Origin: an uncultured Poribacteria bacterium
GTDB taxonomy: Bacteria > Poribacteria > WGA-4E > WGA-3G
DNA length: 64,000 nt
Assembly (NCBI GenBank): GCA_951813565.1
Contig: OX638351.1
Span: 2,752,001-2,816,000 of the forward strand
Direction of reading: 5' to 3'
Shown here piece by piece: positions 37,724 to 48,647 of this stretch (positions within the stretch are counted from its first letter, which is position 1; the number at the start of each line of letters is the position of its first letter). The translations under genes and the position numbers were made by a program. The notes under the pieces were generated by a model. The model was not told the origin of the DNA, ran no database searches, and saw only the letters and a program-made list of their open reading frames with translations.

Positions 37724-38632
37724 TTATAGTAAATCTTTGAGTGCAGATTCAAGCGTGCGGTACTGAAATTCGTATCCGCTTGCCTCCGTTTTTTCAGGGA
37801 GGACGTTCTGGCTCAGCACAACAAAGTCGGCAAACTCCCCCATCATTAACTTCAATACGAATGTGGGGACAGGGAAAATCGTCGGTCTTCGGAGAACCGT
37901 ACCGAGCGTTTTCGTAAACTCAATGTTTCTAACAGGGGTAGGTGCTGTCGCATTCAAGGCACCGCTAATGTTTTCATTTTCCAGAGCGTGCATCACAATG
38001 CCGACCACGTCATCAACGTGAATCCAAGACATCCACTGATTACCGCTTCCGAGTTTACCACCGACACCCATTTTAAAGGGCGGAAGCACCTGATCTAAAA
38101 GCCCACCCCCTATGCCAAGCACAAGTCCAATGCGAACGGAGACGACGCGTATGCCATACTCGCTCGCTTTATGCGCCTCCGCTTCCCATTCTTGGCAAAC
38201 TTCAGCGAGGAAATCGGTCCCCACAGGTGATTCCTCCGTCCAACTTTCGTCTCCGCTGCCGCCATAGAGACCGATTGCTGAAGCACAAACAAGCACATCA
38301 GGTTTGGTGTCGGCATCAGCAAAAGAGGCAACAAGATTCCGAGTAGAAAGGATACGACTGTCGCGTATCCTTTGTTTTTTCTCAGCGTTCCATCTGCCAG
38401 CTATTGATTCGCCTGCAAGGTGAATTATGGCTTGCACTTCGGATGTGGCTTCTGAAGGGAGTTGCTCCGTTTCAGGATTCCAAGCGTAGGTTTCTTGGAC
38501 AGATTGTAATTTAGTTTTGGCGCGTGCAGGGTCTCTTGACACCACATGCACTGCATAATCTTTTTTGTGGAGGGCATCACAGACTCGACTTCCGATGAAA
38601 CCTGTTCCACCTGTGACCAATACATTTTTCAT
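37724..38632 (-). CDS. TIGR01777-family NAD-dependent epimerase
   Basis: TGGTGFIG, HLAGESI..RW, SAIG.YG, G.QWMSWIH. Confidence 0.92.
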   Translation of the reverse strand: MKNVLVTGGTGFIGSRVCDALHKKDYAVHVVSRDPARAKTKLQSVQETYAWNPETEQLPSEATSEVQAIIHLAGESIAGRWNAEKKQRIRDSRILSTRNLVASFADADTKPDVLVCASAIGLYGGSGDESWTEESPVGTDFLAEVCQEWEAEAHKASEYGIRVVSVRIGLVLGIGGGLLDQVLPPFKMGVGGKLGSGNQWMSWIHVDDVVGIVMHALENENISGALNATAPTPVRNIEFTKTLGTVLRRPTIFPVPTFVLKLMMGEFADFVVLSQNVLPEKTEASGYEFQYRTLESALKDLL

Positions 38633-38738
38633 GGTTTACCTCCATTTTTCGGACGGTAGGTGCGGTTTCCTAACCGCACCATAGGCGTCAATTAGCATAT
38701 CGGTTAAGTAATTTGTAGCACGAACTTTCAGTTGTATT

Positions 38739-39479
38739 TTATTTCGAAAGTTCAGTGATAATGTCTTCCAGCTGCCGATAGTCATCTATCACTGCATCGC
38801 TGAGTGTATCGTTTGTTTCTGTTTTATTGAATCCTGCGAATCGAATTGCTTTCATACCCGCATTTTTTGCACCAACAATGTCTGTCCGCACAATATCCCC
38901 AATATGCACCGCGTTTTCGGGTTTAGCGTTCAGCTGCTTCAAGGTAGAATAGAATTGCACGACTTCAGGCTTTGTGTGCTCCGTTTCATCGGAGAACGTA
39001 AATACCGAAAAGTATTGCAAAATTTCGTCACGTTCCATTAGTTGCCGTGCATAACTGCCCGGTGTCAACGCAGAATCTGAGATAATTCCCAGTGGATAAT
39101 CTTCACTGAGTCTTGCCAGCACCGGCTTAATATGCGATATAAGAATAGGTGGAGACGCTAAAAATGCATTACCAAGACACATAATCAGAGAAGCAATTTC
39201 TGTCTCGTCAAGCGTAAGTTCAAGCGTTTCGGCAAACTTCATCATACATGTTTGGACAGATACGCCTTTGTGTTGATGCCACCGAGACGTCGCCACCCCA
39301 TAAGCGTCATCCATTCCAATTTCTATATCAGACACCTTACAAGAATAACCTTGGTTAATCAAATACTTATGACAATTATCCACACGTATAGCCTGACGTT
39401 TCTGCCAGTTTTCAAGCGTATCCGCATAAAGCGTTTGCCAAAAATCGAATGTGATTGCGTTGAACATTGCTTCTCCCAT
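38739..39479 (-). CDS. HAD-family hydrolase
   Basis: FDFWQTL, KP, HIGD..RTDI.GAK.AGM. Confidence 0.88.
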   Translation of the reverse strand: MGEAMFNAITFDFWQTLYADTLENWQKRQAIRVDNCHKYLINQGYSCKVSDIEIGMDDAYGVATSRWHQHKGVSVQTCMMKFAETLELTLDETEIASLIMCLGNAFLASPPILISHIKPVLARLSEDYPLGIISDSALTPGSYARQLMERDEILQYFSVFTFSDETEHTKPEVVQFYSTLKQLNAKPENAVHIGDIVRTDIVGAKNAGMKAIRFAGFNKTETNDTLSDAVIDDYRQLEDIITELSK

Positions 39480-39968
39480 CTTACTTAGATTTCTTTAAAT
39501 GACTATGTCTCTGATTTATTTTATCCTGCGTAATGTAAGATGTCAAGCATCAAATGCAGAATATAAGTTTACGCTATCGAATGTGATTAAAAAGAAAACG
39601 AAGAATATCAAAGAAAGTTGACTCATATAAGTTACTGCATAGATGGTTTTAGGTAATGTGGCTAAAATTTTCTTGTGGGAAGACTTGTAAGCCAAACGAG
39701 TCTACTTAAACTTACGACTTGTGCCAGTTAAGTGAAAGTTTTGTTGTTTTTCACAATTGTTCATATTTTGGAATCAACGCCAAATACGCTTTTGGCATTT
39801 GGCAAGAGCGATCTCCGAATCGCGACACGTTTGCAGTCGGGAATCGGAGTTCCCTCCTACCTTGAGGACAGCAGCTATCGGAAAAGTTGCGGAATGCAAA
39901 CCCAAACAAGAGGAATATGTGAAATATAAATATACTAAATGTTAACTGGCACAACGCGTTAAACTTAC

Positions 39969-39997
39969 TTGAAAAATCATCTCAAATAGGATATAAT
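39969..39997 (+). promoter_or_regulatory. Sigma70 promoter for the two-component operon
   Basis: TTGAAA-17 nt-TATAAT. Confidence 0.6.
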
Positions 39998-40046
39998 ATT
40001 AATATGCCGATATGTTTGAGATGTAATAAATTGCCCAGGGGGCGTT

Positions 40047-41525
40047 ATGGCGAGGTGGAATCGTAGCCTTACATCAACTTATCCGACTGGCGGGTTGATG
40101 CTCATCTATTTCGGTGTGGGTGTCTGCATATTGATATTAGTGTTTGCGTATTATACGCGCCAAATATCTCATTTGAATGCTGATATAGAGGCACAGATAG
40201 AAATCTTTGTGAACCTTGCCGCCGAATTGCCGAGTATTGAAGACCGTGCACTGCAAGCACGGCTGCTGAGAGTAATGCGGCAAGAACTTTATGCAGAGGG
40301 TCGATCTCGAAGGTTCTCTTTTATTATCACTGATGCCGATGGAAATGTAGAAATTTCGCAGGGAATTGACACTAAATTAGATGAGAAAGTCAACGAAAGT
40401 GACACTGTTTCGTTAACACAAGATGAGCAAGAATTGCTAACTTCAACATTGGAACGGATGAAAAGCAAGAATCAGCGGCGAAAAATTCCATTCCTTAAAG
40501 AAGATAGGCAGATTATGGGATATTTTTACTACGGGGATGCAAGTGAAATGGCACAACTTCCCTATGCAATTACTGATACCGAAAAGAGACCACAAAAATG
40601 GCAAATGTGGAAGGATGTCATCACCGCCGAGATTGCGACACCGGAGGAGAAAGAACGCGCAAAAATCTTCGTTCAAAATACACCAGCATTCGTTACACTT
40701 CAAACAGAACCCAATTGGCAAGAAGGTTACTTTTATTATGAAATAAAATCATTTTACGGGTTATTGATAACGCCTATTGTGCTGTCTATTATTTTACCGT
40801 TCTTCGCTTTTGGCTCTATTCTCATCTATCGGCGGATAAAATATTATGAACATGCGGCGATTTGGGGTGGATTAGCCAAAGAAACAGCACATCAACTTGG
40901 CACCCCTATCTCTGCTTTGTTAGCATGGACTGAGTTGTTAGATGAACGGAGTCAACAAACTGAAGATGAAGTACTTGCTGAGCTTTCAACAAACATGCAG
41001 AGTGACTTAGAACGGCTGCAGAAAACAACTACCCGATTCGGAATGATTGGCACGGAGCCAACGAAAACTGAGGTCAACCTTGAAGAAGTACTTGATGAGG
41101 TACTCACATATTTTGAGAAGCGATTACCTCAGATCAGTCGCAACATTGATATAAGTGTTACGCCTCATGATGTACCCGGAATTTCTGCGAATGCACATTT
41201 GTTACAGTGGGTTTTTGAAAACCTGATACGGAATTCGTTGGATGCCATGCATAAAGAGATTGGGCATATTGAAATTGAACCTCTTTATGATGACCGCCAA
41301 AAACATGTTGTAATCCGATATTCAGACAACGGCAGCGGTATTTCCAGCGAAAATCAACGTGCAATTTTTGAACCGGGTATGACAACGAAAACACATGGAT
41401 GGGGACTTGGATTGACAATTGTTCAACGAATTGTTAGGGAATATCATCACGGAAGTATCCGTTTAGTCGAAAGTAGTCCAGATGGGACAACTTTTGAAAT
41501 TCGCTTGCCGTGTAATACCTCTTAG
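40047..41525 (+). CDS. Membrane sensor histidine kinase
   Basis: Two TM segments, AKETAHQLGTP H-box, ENL..NS.DA, DNGSGI, GWGLGL. Confidence 0.93.
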   Translation: MARWNRSLTSTYPTGGLMLIYFGVGVCILILVFAYYTRQISHLNADIEAQIEIFVNLAAELPSIEDRALQARLLRVMRQELYAEGRSRRFSFIITDADGNVEISQGIDTKLDEKVNESDTVSLTQDEQELLTSTLERMKSKNQRRKIPFLKEDRQIMGYFYYGDASEMAQLPYAITDTEKRPQKWQMWKDVITAEIATPEEKERAKIFVQNTPAFVTLQTEPNWQEGYFYYEIKSFYGLLITPIVLSIILPFFAFGSILIYRRIKYYEHAAIWGGLAKETAHQLGTPISALLAWTELLDERSQQTEDEVLAELSTNMQSDLERLQKTTTRFGMIGTEPTKTEVNLEEVLDEVLTYFEKRLPQISRNIDISVTPHDVPGISANAHLLQWVFENLIRNSLDAMHKEIGHIEIEPLYDDRQKHVVIRYSDNGSGISSENQRAIFEPGMTTKTHGWGLGLTIVQRIVREYHHGSIRLVESSPDGTTFEIRLPCNTS

Positions 41526-41549
41526 TTAGTAGGTTTCAAAGGAACAGAT

Positions 41550-43124
41550 ATGCCAAATAAATCGCACAAAATCCTGTGGATAGATGATGAAATTGAGGCA
41601 TTGTTGCCTCACAGACGTTTCCTTGAAACTCGCGGATATGATGTTGTCCCTGCGACAAATGGTGAAGATGGGATTGAACTCTTAAAGCAGAACAATACGC
41701 AATATAATGCTATCCTACTTGACCAAGTAATGCCTGGAAAAGATGGAATGGCAACCTTAGACGCAATTCGGACTATTAATGCGCAAGTACCTGTCATTCT
41801 TGTAACACAGTCCAGTGATGAAAAATTTGTTGACGTCGCCCTTGGAAAACAGGTGACGGACTTTTTAGTAAAGCCGATTGGTGTCGCACAGATTGCGTCT
41901 ACCCTCAAACGGGTACTTGAACAACAGCAGATAGTGGAAACCCAAATACCAGGGCGCTACACCAATGACTTTAATACGATTAATACACTGAAGGCATCAC
42001 AACCCAATTGGCAAGATTGGATTGATATTTACGTCAAATTACTGGAATGGGATCTGCTTTCCGATCGGTTGTCAGAACAAGGCTTAGAAGAGACGCACTT
42101 AGAGCAAAAAAAGGAGTGCAATGCCGAATTCTCTGATTTTGTGGAAGCAAATTATCCCGAATGGGTGAACGCGAGCCAAGACAGACCCACATTGTCAGTT
42201 GACGTATTAGACCAACATGTTATGCCATTACTTCAAGCAAAAACGCCTGTTTACTTTATTGTTGTAGACTGTTTTCGGCTCGACCATTGGATGGCGATAG
42301 AGCCACTGCTCTACCCTTATTTCTCGATTGATCGCAAGTATAATTTTTCGATTTTGCCAAGTGCGACAATGTACTCTCGGAACGCACTATTTAGCGGGTT
42401 ATTTCCGGCAGAATTGGCAAAAGACTATCCACAATATTGGCAAGAGAAATCAGATGATGGTAGCAGCACAAACCAATTCGAACGGCAATTGCTTGAAGAA
42501 TACTTAAAAAGAAACGGAATCAGGATCAAACCTGGAGTCCAATACTTCAAGATTTTTGATTTGCGCGGAGGAAGTGAATATAAAAAACGGGTTGCCGCCG
42601 CAACACGCGTCGGCTTATCTGCATTAGTTGTCAACTTCATTGACATATTGACGCATCAACGTTCACAATCGGAAGTTTTACAACAACTCGCGCCAGATGA
42701 AGCTGCTTTTCGAGCCGTAGCTCGCTCTTGGTTTGCACATTCGGCTCTGTTTGATATTCTGCGCCTTATAGCTGAACAAGGTGTCCACGTTGTGCTTACT
42801 ACTGACCACGGTTCAGAGTTTTGTAACCGAGCGACTCGTGCTTATGGCAATCGTGACACCAGCACAAGCCTCCGTTTTAAAATTGGGAACAATTTAGTTT
42901 GCGATGATAACCAAGCCGTGTACATTCCAAACCCGCAGGTATATCGGTTACCCGCCGAGAGCACGAGCAAGGATTATATTATCGCTAAAGACGACTATTA
43001 TTTCGTCTATCCAAACGAATTTTACAAATACAAGCGGCAGTTTCAGGGAGGGTTCCAGCATGGTGGTATTTCAATGGGAGAACTCATAACACCAGTGGTG
43101 ACTTTGACCCCGCGGAACGGATAG
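41550..43124 (+). CDS. PorX-like response regulator (receiver + PglZ/alkaline-phosphatase domain)
   Basis: ILWIDDE, LLDQVMPG; VVDCFRLD, LPSATMYSRN, NFIDILTH, TDHG, FQHGGIS. Confidence 0.88.
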   Translation: MPNKSHKILWIDDEIEALLPHRRFLETRGYDVVPATNGEDGIELLKQNNTQYNAILLDQVMPGKDGMATLDAIRTINAQVPVILVTQSSDEKFVDVALGKQVTDFLVKPIGVAQIASTLKRVLEQQQIVETQIPGRYTNDFNTINTLKASQPNWQDWIDIYVKLLEWDLLSDRLSEQGLEETHLEQKKECNAEFSDFVEANYPEWVNASQDRPTLSVDVLDQHVMPLLQAKTPVYFIVVDCFRLDHWMAIEPLLYPYFSIDRKYNFSILPSATMYSRNALFSGLFPAELAKDYPQYWQEKSDDGSSTNQFERQLLEEYLKRNGIRIKPGVQYFKIFDLRGGSEYKKRVAAATRVGLSALVVNFIDILTHQRSQSEVLQQLAPDEAAFRAVARSWFAHSALFDILRLIAEQGVHVVLTTDHGSEFCNRATRAYGNRDTSTSLRFKIGNNLVCDDNQAVYIPNPQVYRLPAESTSKDYIIAKDDYYFVYPNEFYKYKRQFQGGFQHGGISMGELITPVVTLTPRNG

Positions 43125-43380
43125 TCATTCGTCCACATTAAACCCGACCTGAACTGATTTTTTTTGGTAGTATAGAGATTATGGTAAATTATTTTACCTT
43201 TTTTCATAACACACAACGACACTCGTGCCTTGAGGGTTCAATATGTTTTATTAAACCCGTTTTTTCACTGAAATTGAGTCGTCGTACCATTCTTCTGCAG
43301 AACTGCCGCTTTTTGAGATGATTGAATTAACTACCGAGATGTCTTTTTACGAAAAGGCATGATAGGAGGAAACGCTAATA

Positions 43381-44931
43381 ATGGAGAAGGAGATACTTAT
43401 TTCTGATGATGAGTTTGAAACACGTTGTGCAGTTCTTGAAAAAGGAATATTAAATGAAATCCAAATTGAGCGAAAAGCGGTAAAACCTGTCTTAAATAAT
43501 CTATATAAAGGACGTGTTGAGAATGTGTTACCGGGTATGCAAGTGGCTTTTGTTGATATCGGATTAGAACGACATGCTTTCCTACACATTTCGGACCTGA
43601 AATATAACAATAGTACTGAGAACGGTACACCAGATGACGGGTTACCAATTTTAGATTTACAAGCAACACCATCAAAAAAACCACGTGGCGGCAGGGGATT
43701 CCCATATCTTATAACTGACCTCATTTCTAAGAATCAGGAACTTCTTGTGCAAGTCGGCAAGGAGCCGATTGGCAGTAAAGGTGCACGTGTTACAAGCAAC
43801 ATTACCCTTCCAGGACGTTATGTTGTCTATTTGCCGAATTCGTCCACGATTGGGGTTTCGAGACGGATTGAATCTGAAACTGAGCGTGACCGATTGCGTG
43901 ACTTAGCACAAAACTTGAAAGCTGACGTCGAGGGCGGTTTTATTATTCGGACAGCTGCTGAAGGTTTGAGCGAAGATGAATTTGCCGCAGAAATCCGAAA
44001 CTTGATCAATCAGTGGAAACAAGTACGCGAACGTGCCAAACGAAAAACCGCACCAAGTTTAGTTAGTAGAGACGTGAGTTTCACGAATCGGATTGTTCGC
44101 GATATGCTTACTAAAGATGTTAAACAGCTTCTAATTGATTCACAATCCGGTTATCAGGAAACAGTTGATTATGTCACATCTGTTATGCCGAACATGCTGG
44201 ATCGAATAACCCTTTACAATAAAGACACCGCCCTTTTTAAGGCTTATGGTGTAGAGGAAGAACTACATCGAGCACTGAGCGAAAAAATCTGGCTCAAGTG
44301 TGGTGGGCACATTATCATCCAGCAAACTGAAGCGATGGTCTCAATTGATGTCAACACGGGACAGTTTGTCGGTAAATCCGATCCGGATAACACAATTTTA
44401 AGTGCAAACCTTGATGCTGTTGATGAAGTGGTCCGACAAATTCAGTTGCGCGATTTAGGTGGTATTATCGTTGTTGACTTTATTGACATGGACGAACCTG
44501 CACATCGGAAACAGGTTTTCAAAATACTCCGGGAGGCACTGCGCAAAGATAAAGCACGCACGAATATCCTTCATTTTTCAGATTTAGGGTTGGTGGAAAT
44601 GACGCGCCAACGTACACGGCCGAGTTTATCTACTTTGCTCACAGAACAATGTCCTTACTGTGAAGGACACGGGACCATTTTGTCAATTGAAACTGTTGTG
44701 ATTGGATTGCTCCGAGCAATTAAGGCTGCATATCGCAAAACTCGGCAATCCAAATTACGGATTATCGCGAATGATCACATTGTTTCGCATCTCAACGCGC
44801 AGATGTCCGCCAAATTCCGTGAACTCAAACGAAACCTGAAACTTGAATTGACCCTTGAACCTGATGCAGACCTGCATCTTGAAGACTATCGAATCTTTGC
44901 TGCAAACGGTGAGGAACTGTTTTTAGATTGA
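43381..44931 (+). CDS. Rne/Rng-family ribonuclease
   Basis: YKGRV..VLPGMQ.AFVDIG, KEP...KG.R, IDVNTG, RDLGGIIVVDFIDM, EMTRQR. Confidence 0.95.
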   Translation: MEKEILISDDEFETRCAVLEKGILNEIQIERKAVKPVLNNLYKGRVENVLPGMQVAFVDIGLERHAFLHISDLKYNNSTENGTPDDGLPILDLQATPSKKPRGGRGFPYLITDLISKNQELLVQVGKEPIGSKGARVTSNITLPGRYVVYLPNSSTIGVSRRIESETERDRLRDLAQNLKADVEGGFIIRTAAEGLSEDEFAAEIRNLINQWKQVRERAKRKTAPSLVSRDVSFTNRIVRDMLTKDVKQLLIDSQSGYQETVDYVTSVMPNMLDRITLYNKDTALFKAYGVEEELHRALSEKIWLKCGGHIIIQQTEAMVSIDVNTGQFVGKSDPDNTILSANLDAVDEVVRQIQLRDLGGIIVVDFIDMDEPAHRKQVFKILREALRKDKARTNILHFSDLGLVEMTRQRTRPSLSTLLTEQCPYCEGHGTILSIETVVIGLLRAIKAAYRKTRQSKLRIIANDHIVSHLNAQMSAKFRELKRNLKLELTLEPDADLHLEDYRIFAANGEELFLD

Positions 44932-45201
44932 TCTCGGAATAGCATAAATTCAACATAAAAAGTCCGAGTTAGTATTACATTTTATATTTATAAAGAAGAC
45001 TCATAATCCTTCAAAAAGACTTGACTTTTGATGTGAAATGTGGCATCATGTAATTATCCGAATTACAAACATGGGCGGATAGGTGCGTCCAAGGCTCTCG
45101 TTACACGTTCCCTATAACATGTCTGAATAGAGCATAAAATTAAAAGATAGAAAATTCCTTTGATTCTAATGGATTTCTACACCTAAAAGGAGTGAAAGTA
45201 A

Positions 45202-45564
45202 ATGTATGCAGTATTTGCAAGCGGCGGGAGACAGCACCGTGTTGAGGTAGGAAGCCTTATAGATGTAGAAAAGTTAGACAATGCTGTTGGTGAAACGGTG
45301 ACATTTCCTTCTGTCTTAGCGATTGCCAGTGAAGATGGTCAGCTGCAAACCGGCGCCCCTTATCTTGAAAACATGTCAGTTACGGGTGAGGTGGTTCAGC
45401 AAGGCCGTGCAAAAAAAATTGTCGTTTTTAAGTCTAAACGTAGAAAAGGTTACAAACGTAAGTTAGGTCACCGTCAATCATTTACCCGAATAAAAATTAC
45501 CGCGATTGGCGGGGAGGAAATTACCGCGATTGGCGGAGAGGAGATTGAATCTGATGGCACATAA
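45202..45564 (+). CDS. rplU: 50S ribosomal protein L21 with duplicated C-terminal octapeptide
   Basis: MYAV..SGG.Q.RV, KRRKGY....GHRQ.FT. Confidence 0.96.
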   Translation: MYAVFASGGRQHRVEVGSLIDVEKLDNAVGETVTFPSVLAIASEDGQLQTGAPYLENMSVTGEVVQQGRAKKIVVFKSKRRKGYKRKLGHRQSFTRIKITAIGGEEITAIGGEEIESDGT

Positions 45565-45820
45565 AAAAGGTGGCGGAAGTACCCGCAATGGTCGTGACAG
45601 CATCGGGAAACGGCTTGGTACTAAAAGGTTTTCAGGAAACTATGTTACAGCAGGAAGTATCCTTGTCCGGCAGCGTGGAACTCATTTACATGCTGGTAAT
45701 AATGTCGGCGTTGGCAGGGACTATACACTCTTCTCGAAGATTGATGGTTATGTCTGGTTTGAGCGAAAAGACAAATACCGCCGTAAGGTGAGTGTTTACA
45801 CAGAACGTCCTGCGTATTAG
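45554..45820 (+). CDS. rpmA: 50S ribosomal protein L27
   Basis: [24 protein letters not shown]. Confidence 0.97.
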   Translation: MAHKKGGGSTRNGRDSIGKRLGTKRFSGNYVTAGSILVRQRGTHLHAGNNVGVGRDYTLFSKIDGYVWFERKDKYRRKVSVYTERPAY

Positions 45821-45832
45821 AGCGCATTTCAG

Positions 45833-45861
45833 AAAGCCTCACCTTAGTGTGGGGCTTTTTT
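45833..45861 (+). terminator. Intrinsic terminator after rpmA
   Basis: aaagcctcac cttagt gtggggcttttt. Confidence 0.8.
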
Positions 45862-46104
45862 GCTTATTGACCTATGTGTTGAGTTCTGTTAGATTGCCGA
45901 CACACTTATATCTTGATCTTACAATTATAGTGAAATCCATAATTATTTTATATTCTGTTCTTATGCGGATTTCAAACACACCATAAATGTCCGAGGCGCA
46001 ATGAATTGCGCTTGGTGAATGCGCGTCCGGCATTCACATTAAACGCCGCTAATCTTAAGAAAATGTCCAGGTATTTTTAGATTTTACTATAAGAGGAAAA
46101 TAGC

Positions 46105-46509
46105 GTGAAATGGATAACCTCGCTTCTGATGTTAGTTGTTGCATTGGGATGCGGTAGCAAGCAAATAGAACAATTGGGAATTGAAACTGTAGATAATGCG
46201 CGGGTAAGTATTGCTGCTGCGGAAAGCGTTGGTGCGCGCGATGTTGCCGTGAGTGAAATAACCTCAGCGGAGAAGATGCTAACCAGTGCCGAATCCTCTC
46301 TGCAATCAGGTGATGTGGAACGCTCGTATCGACTGGGATTGCGAGCATATCTTCACGCACGAATTGCAACAGAGAAGTCATTAGCGGTTCGGCAGGAAGC
46401 ACAAGTTAAAGAAGCACAGGCTGAATTAGAATTACGGCAACAGGCTACGGAAGAAGTTCTCAATAATCTTGAGAAACTCAAAGCAGAACTCGCTGCTCAG
46501 AAAAAATAA
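46105..46509 (+). CDS. DUF4398-like helical lipoprotein
   Basis: LGC lipobox, A..A...GA...A..E...A pattern; precedes an OmpA-domain gene. Confidence 0.7.
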   Translation: MKWITSLLMLVVALGCGSKQIEQLGIETVDNARVSIAAAESVGARDVAVSEITSAEKMLTSAESSLQSGDVERSYRLGLRAYLHARIATEKSLAVRQEAQVKEAQAELELRQQATEEVLNNLEKLKAELAAQKK

Positions 46510-46520
46510 AGGAAGTTCCG

Positions 46521-48161
46521 ATGCGGATTCATGGATGGCTACTACTCATAGGATGTCTCATCAGTTACGGATGCGCGTCTCTTGAAATTGATGGTGTTCT
46601 CCTTGAGACACAACTTCAAAATGGGCAGAAGGCAATTGCCAGTGCAGCTGAACTCAATGCTGAGCAGCTCGCAACCGATGAATACAGCCGAGCTGTTAAA
46701 CTCCTAAAATTTGCCAAACAGGCACAGGAACGCGAAGATATTGCTCAAAGCATGGAATTCGCATATCAGGCAGAACTTGTAGCACAAATCGCTTTGTATA
46801 AAGCAAAGCAGCAGCAAGCACGTGCACAACTCATTGCAATCCGGGAACAGATGTACCAAGAGGTGATAACAGAAAAAGAATATGAAATAGAAATAGCAAA
46901 AATACGCAATGAGATGAAGACGATGGAAATCGAACAAAAGTTAAAAGAGATTGAGGCAGGAAATGAACGTGCCGGTTCACTCACAACGGATCTTAGGGAA
47001 ACAAAAGAAGCACTTCGCCGTGCGGAAATTCGCGTGCCAATGTCCGGAACAAAAATCTTTGTGACCATTGCAAAACTCACTTATCCTGAAATTATAGAAA
47101 CACCAGAGTATGAACGTGTGCAATCAGCAATTGCGTTAGCGACATCACACTTGGAGCGAAAAGAATTCACTGAAGCAGAAAAAGTTGCAACAGACGCGCT
47201 GACACAAGCTAACAATCTTTATGAACTGGCAATTCAGAATCAGAAAATCCGTGCAGCGGCGGAAAATACTGCGCTTATTGCTATTGAACGCGCGCAGCTT
47301 AAGATTGCGCGCGCTGAATCTCTAAATGCAGCCACGCACGCCACACAACAATTCCAGCAATCACGTAACCAATTAGATAAGGCAAAAAAAGAGTTCCAAG
47401 AAAATCGTTATGGAGAAGCACGGCAAACTGCTGAAGGGGTTGAACAGATTGTTGACAAGGCGATTACTATCTCTGAAGTCGCTGAATATCGACGCCGGGC
47501 ACAAGAAGAAGTTACAGCAAAGATAAAAAAAGCAGAAGGGGCTGTAGCATCAGCGAAAGCAGCGATAGCAGAACAAGCCCAAACTAAAGTGCCGCAGTTT
47601 GCACCAGAACTGTATGAACTGGCTACTTCAGCACTCGCAACCGCCGAGTCAGCACTCGCTAAAAAGGAATACGCATCTGCGATTGACGCTGCACAGCAAA
47701 GTCATGATTACCTGCAACGCGCTATTGAAAAGACAAAACAGCAGAATTCGGCTCAAACGGCTCTGGTTAAAGCAGTCCAGCAAATTTCAAAGGCAACCGT
47801 TATAGAACTTGAAGAAGGAGTACTCATTAGAATCAGTGGCAACCTATTTGCCACCACAAGCACGCGTTTAAATGAGGCATTTTCTCCAACCTTTATGAAA
47901 CTCGCATCTATATTGCTACAAGATGAATTCAAAGACTATGCTGTCAAGATTGAGGGGCATAGCGATTCACTTGGAGATGCAAGAACGAATCAGGCACTAA
48001 GCGATAAAAGAGCAAATTCAATTAAAACATTCCTGATTAATAGCGGTAAAGTACCAGCAAAACAGTTAAACGCTGTTGGTTTAGGTGAATCCCAGCCAAT
48101 TGATAAAAATTCAGAAGAAAAAAATCGCAGAATTGACATTATTATCACTAAAACACCCTGA
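46521..48161 (+). CDS. Lipoprotein with repeated DUF4398-like helices and C-terminal OmpA peptidoglycan-binding domain
   Basis: YGC lipobox; IEGHSDS.G....N..LS..RA, G.GE..P, NRRIDI. Confidence 0.85.
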   Translation: MRIHGWLLLIGCLISYGCASLEIDGVLLETQLQNGQKAIASAAELNAEQLATDEYSRAVKLLKFAKQAQEREDIAQSMEFAYQAELVAQIALYKAKQQQARAQLIAIREQMYQEVITEKEYEIEIAKIRNEMKTMEIEQKLKEIEAGNERAGSLTTDLRETKEALRRAEIRVPMSGTKIFVTIAKLTYPEIIETPEYERVQSAIALATSHLERKEFTEAEKVATDALTQANNLYELAIQNQKIRAAAENTALIAIERAQLKIARAESLNAATHATQQFQQSRNQLDKAKKEFQENRYGEARQTAEGVEQIVDKAITISEVAEYRRRAQEEVTAKIKKAEGAVASAKAAIAEQAQTKVPQFAPELYELATSALATAESALAKKEYASAIDAAQQSHDYLQRAIEKTKQQNSAQTALVKAVQQISKATVIELEEGVLIRISGNLFATTSTRLNEAFSPTFMKLASILLQDEFKDYAVKIEGHSDSLGDARTNQALSDKRANSIKTFLINSGKVPAKQLNAVGLGESQPIDKNSEEKNRRIDIIITKTP

Positions 48162-48214
48162 CCTTTAAGCACAAAATATACGCTATCCTGATAATTGTGT
48201 AGGTTATCAAAGTA

Positions 48215-48496
48215 TTGTCCAGTTTAAAAATTGATCCTTATGTTGTCAACCAGATAGCACACAGTCTGTTTGGTGATCGCTACATTATCATTTATGAGAA
48301 TACGATTCAGTTCCACAATCATTGTTACCACGTTCGTACTATTGAATCTGAGGAACATCCGTACAAAGGGTGCTACTATTTGCAGGACGCGAATACGGAC
48401 TTAGCGATGTGGGACGATGTAGCATTCGCGCCACCGGGGTACTACGGAGCAATTTTTGAACGTGAAACAGGCGAGATTATTGATTGCGAACCGTAA
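48215..48496 (+). CDS. Hypothetical protein
   Basis: 93-aa ORF on the operon strand, TTG start. Confidence 0.55.
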   Translation: MSSLKIDPYVVNQIAHSLFGDRYIIIYENTIQFHNHCYHVRTIESEEHPYKGCYYLQDANTDLAMWDDVAFAPPGYYGAIFERETGEIIDCEP

Positions 48497-48647
48497 CGGT
48501 GATATGTAGAATACCTTTTTGAAATTGTCAAACACAACCATAATTTTAATTTAAAGCGTCCTTATAATAGGAAATTACCGAACTAAACCCTTAAACTTTA
48601 TATTGGCAATTCTGCCGAAATCCAATATCTAAAAACGGAGAAAAGAC

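Noticed and set aside
41550..43124. BREX defence system (PglZ)
   Set aside because: PglZ is fused to a receiver domain next to a histidine kinase, and no brxC, pglX or brxL is present.
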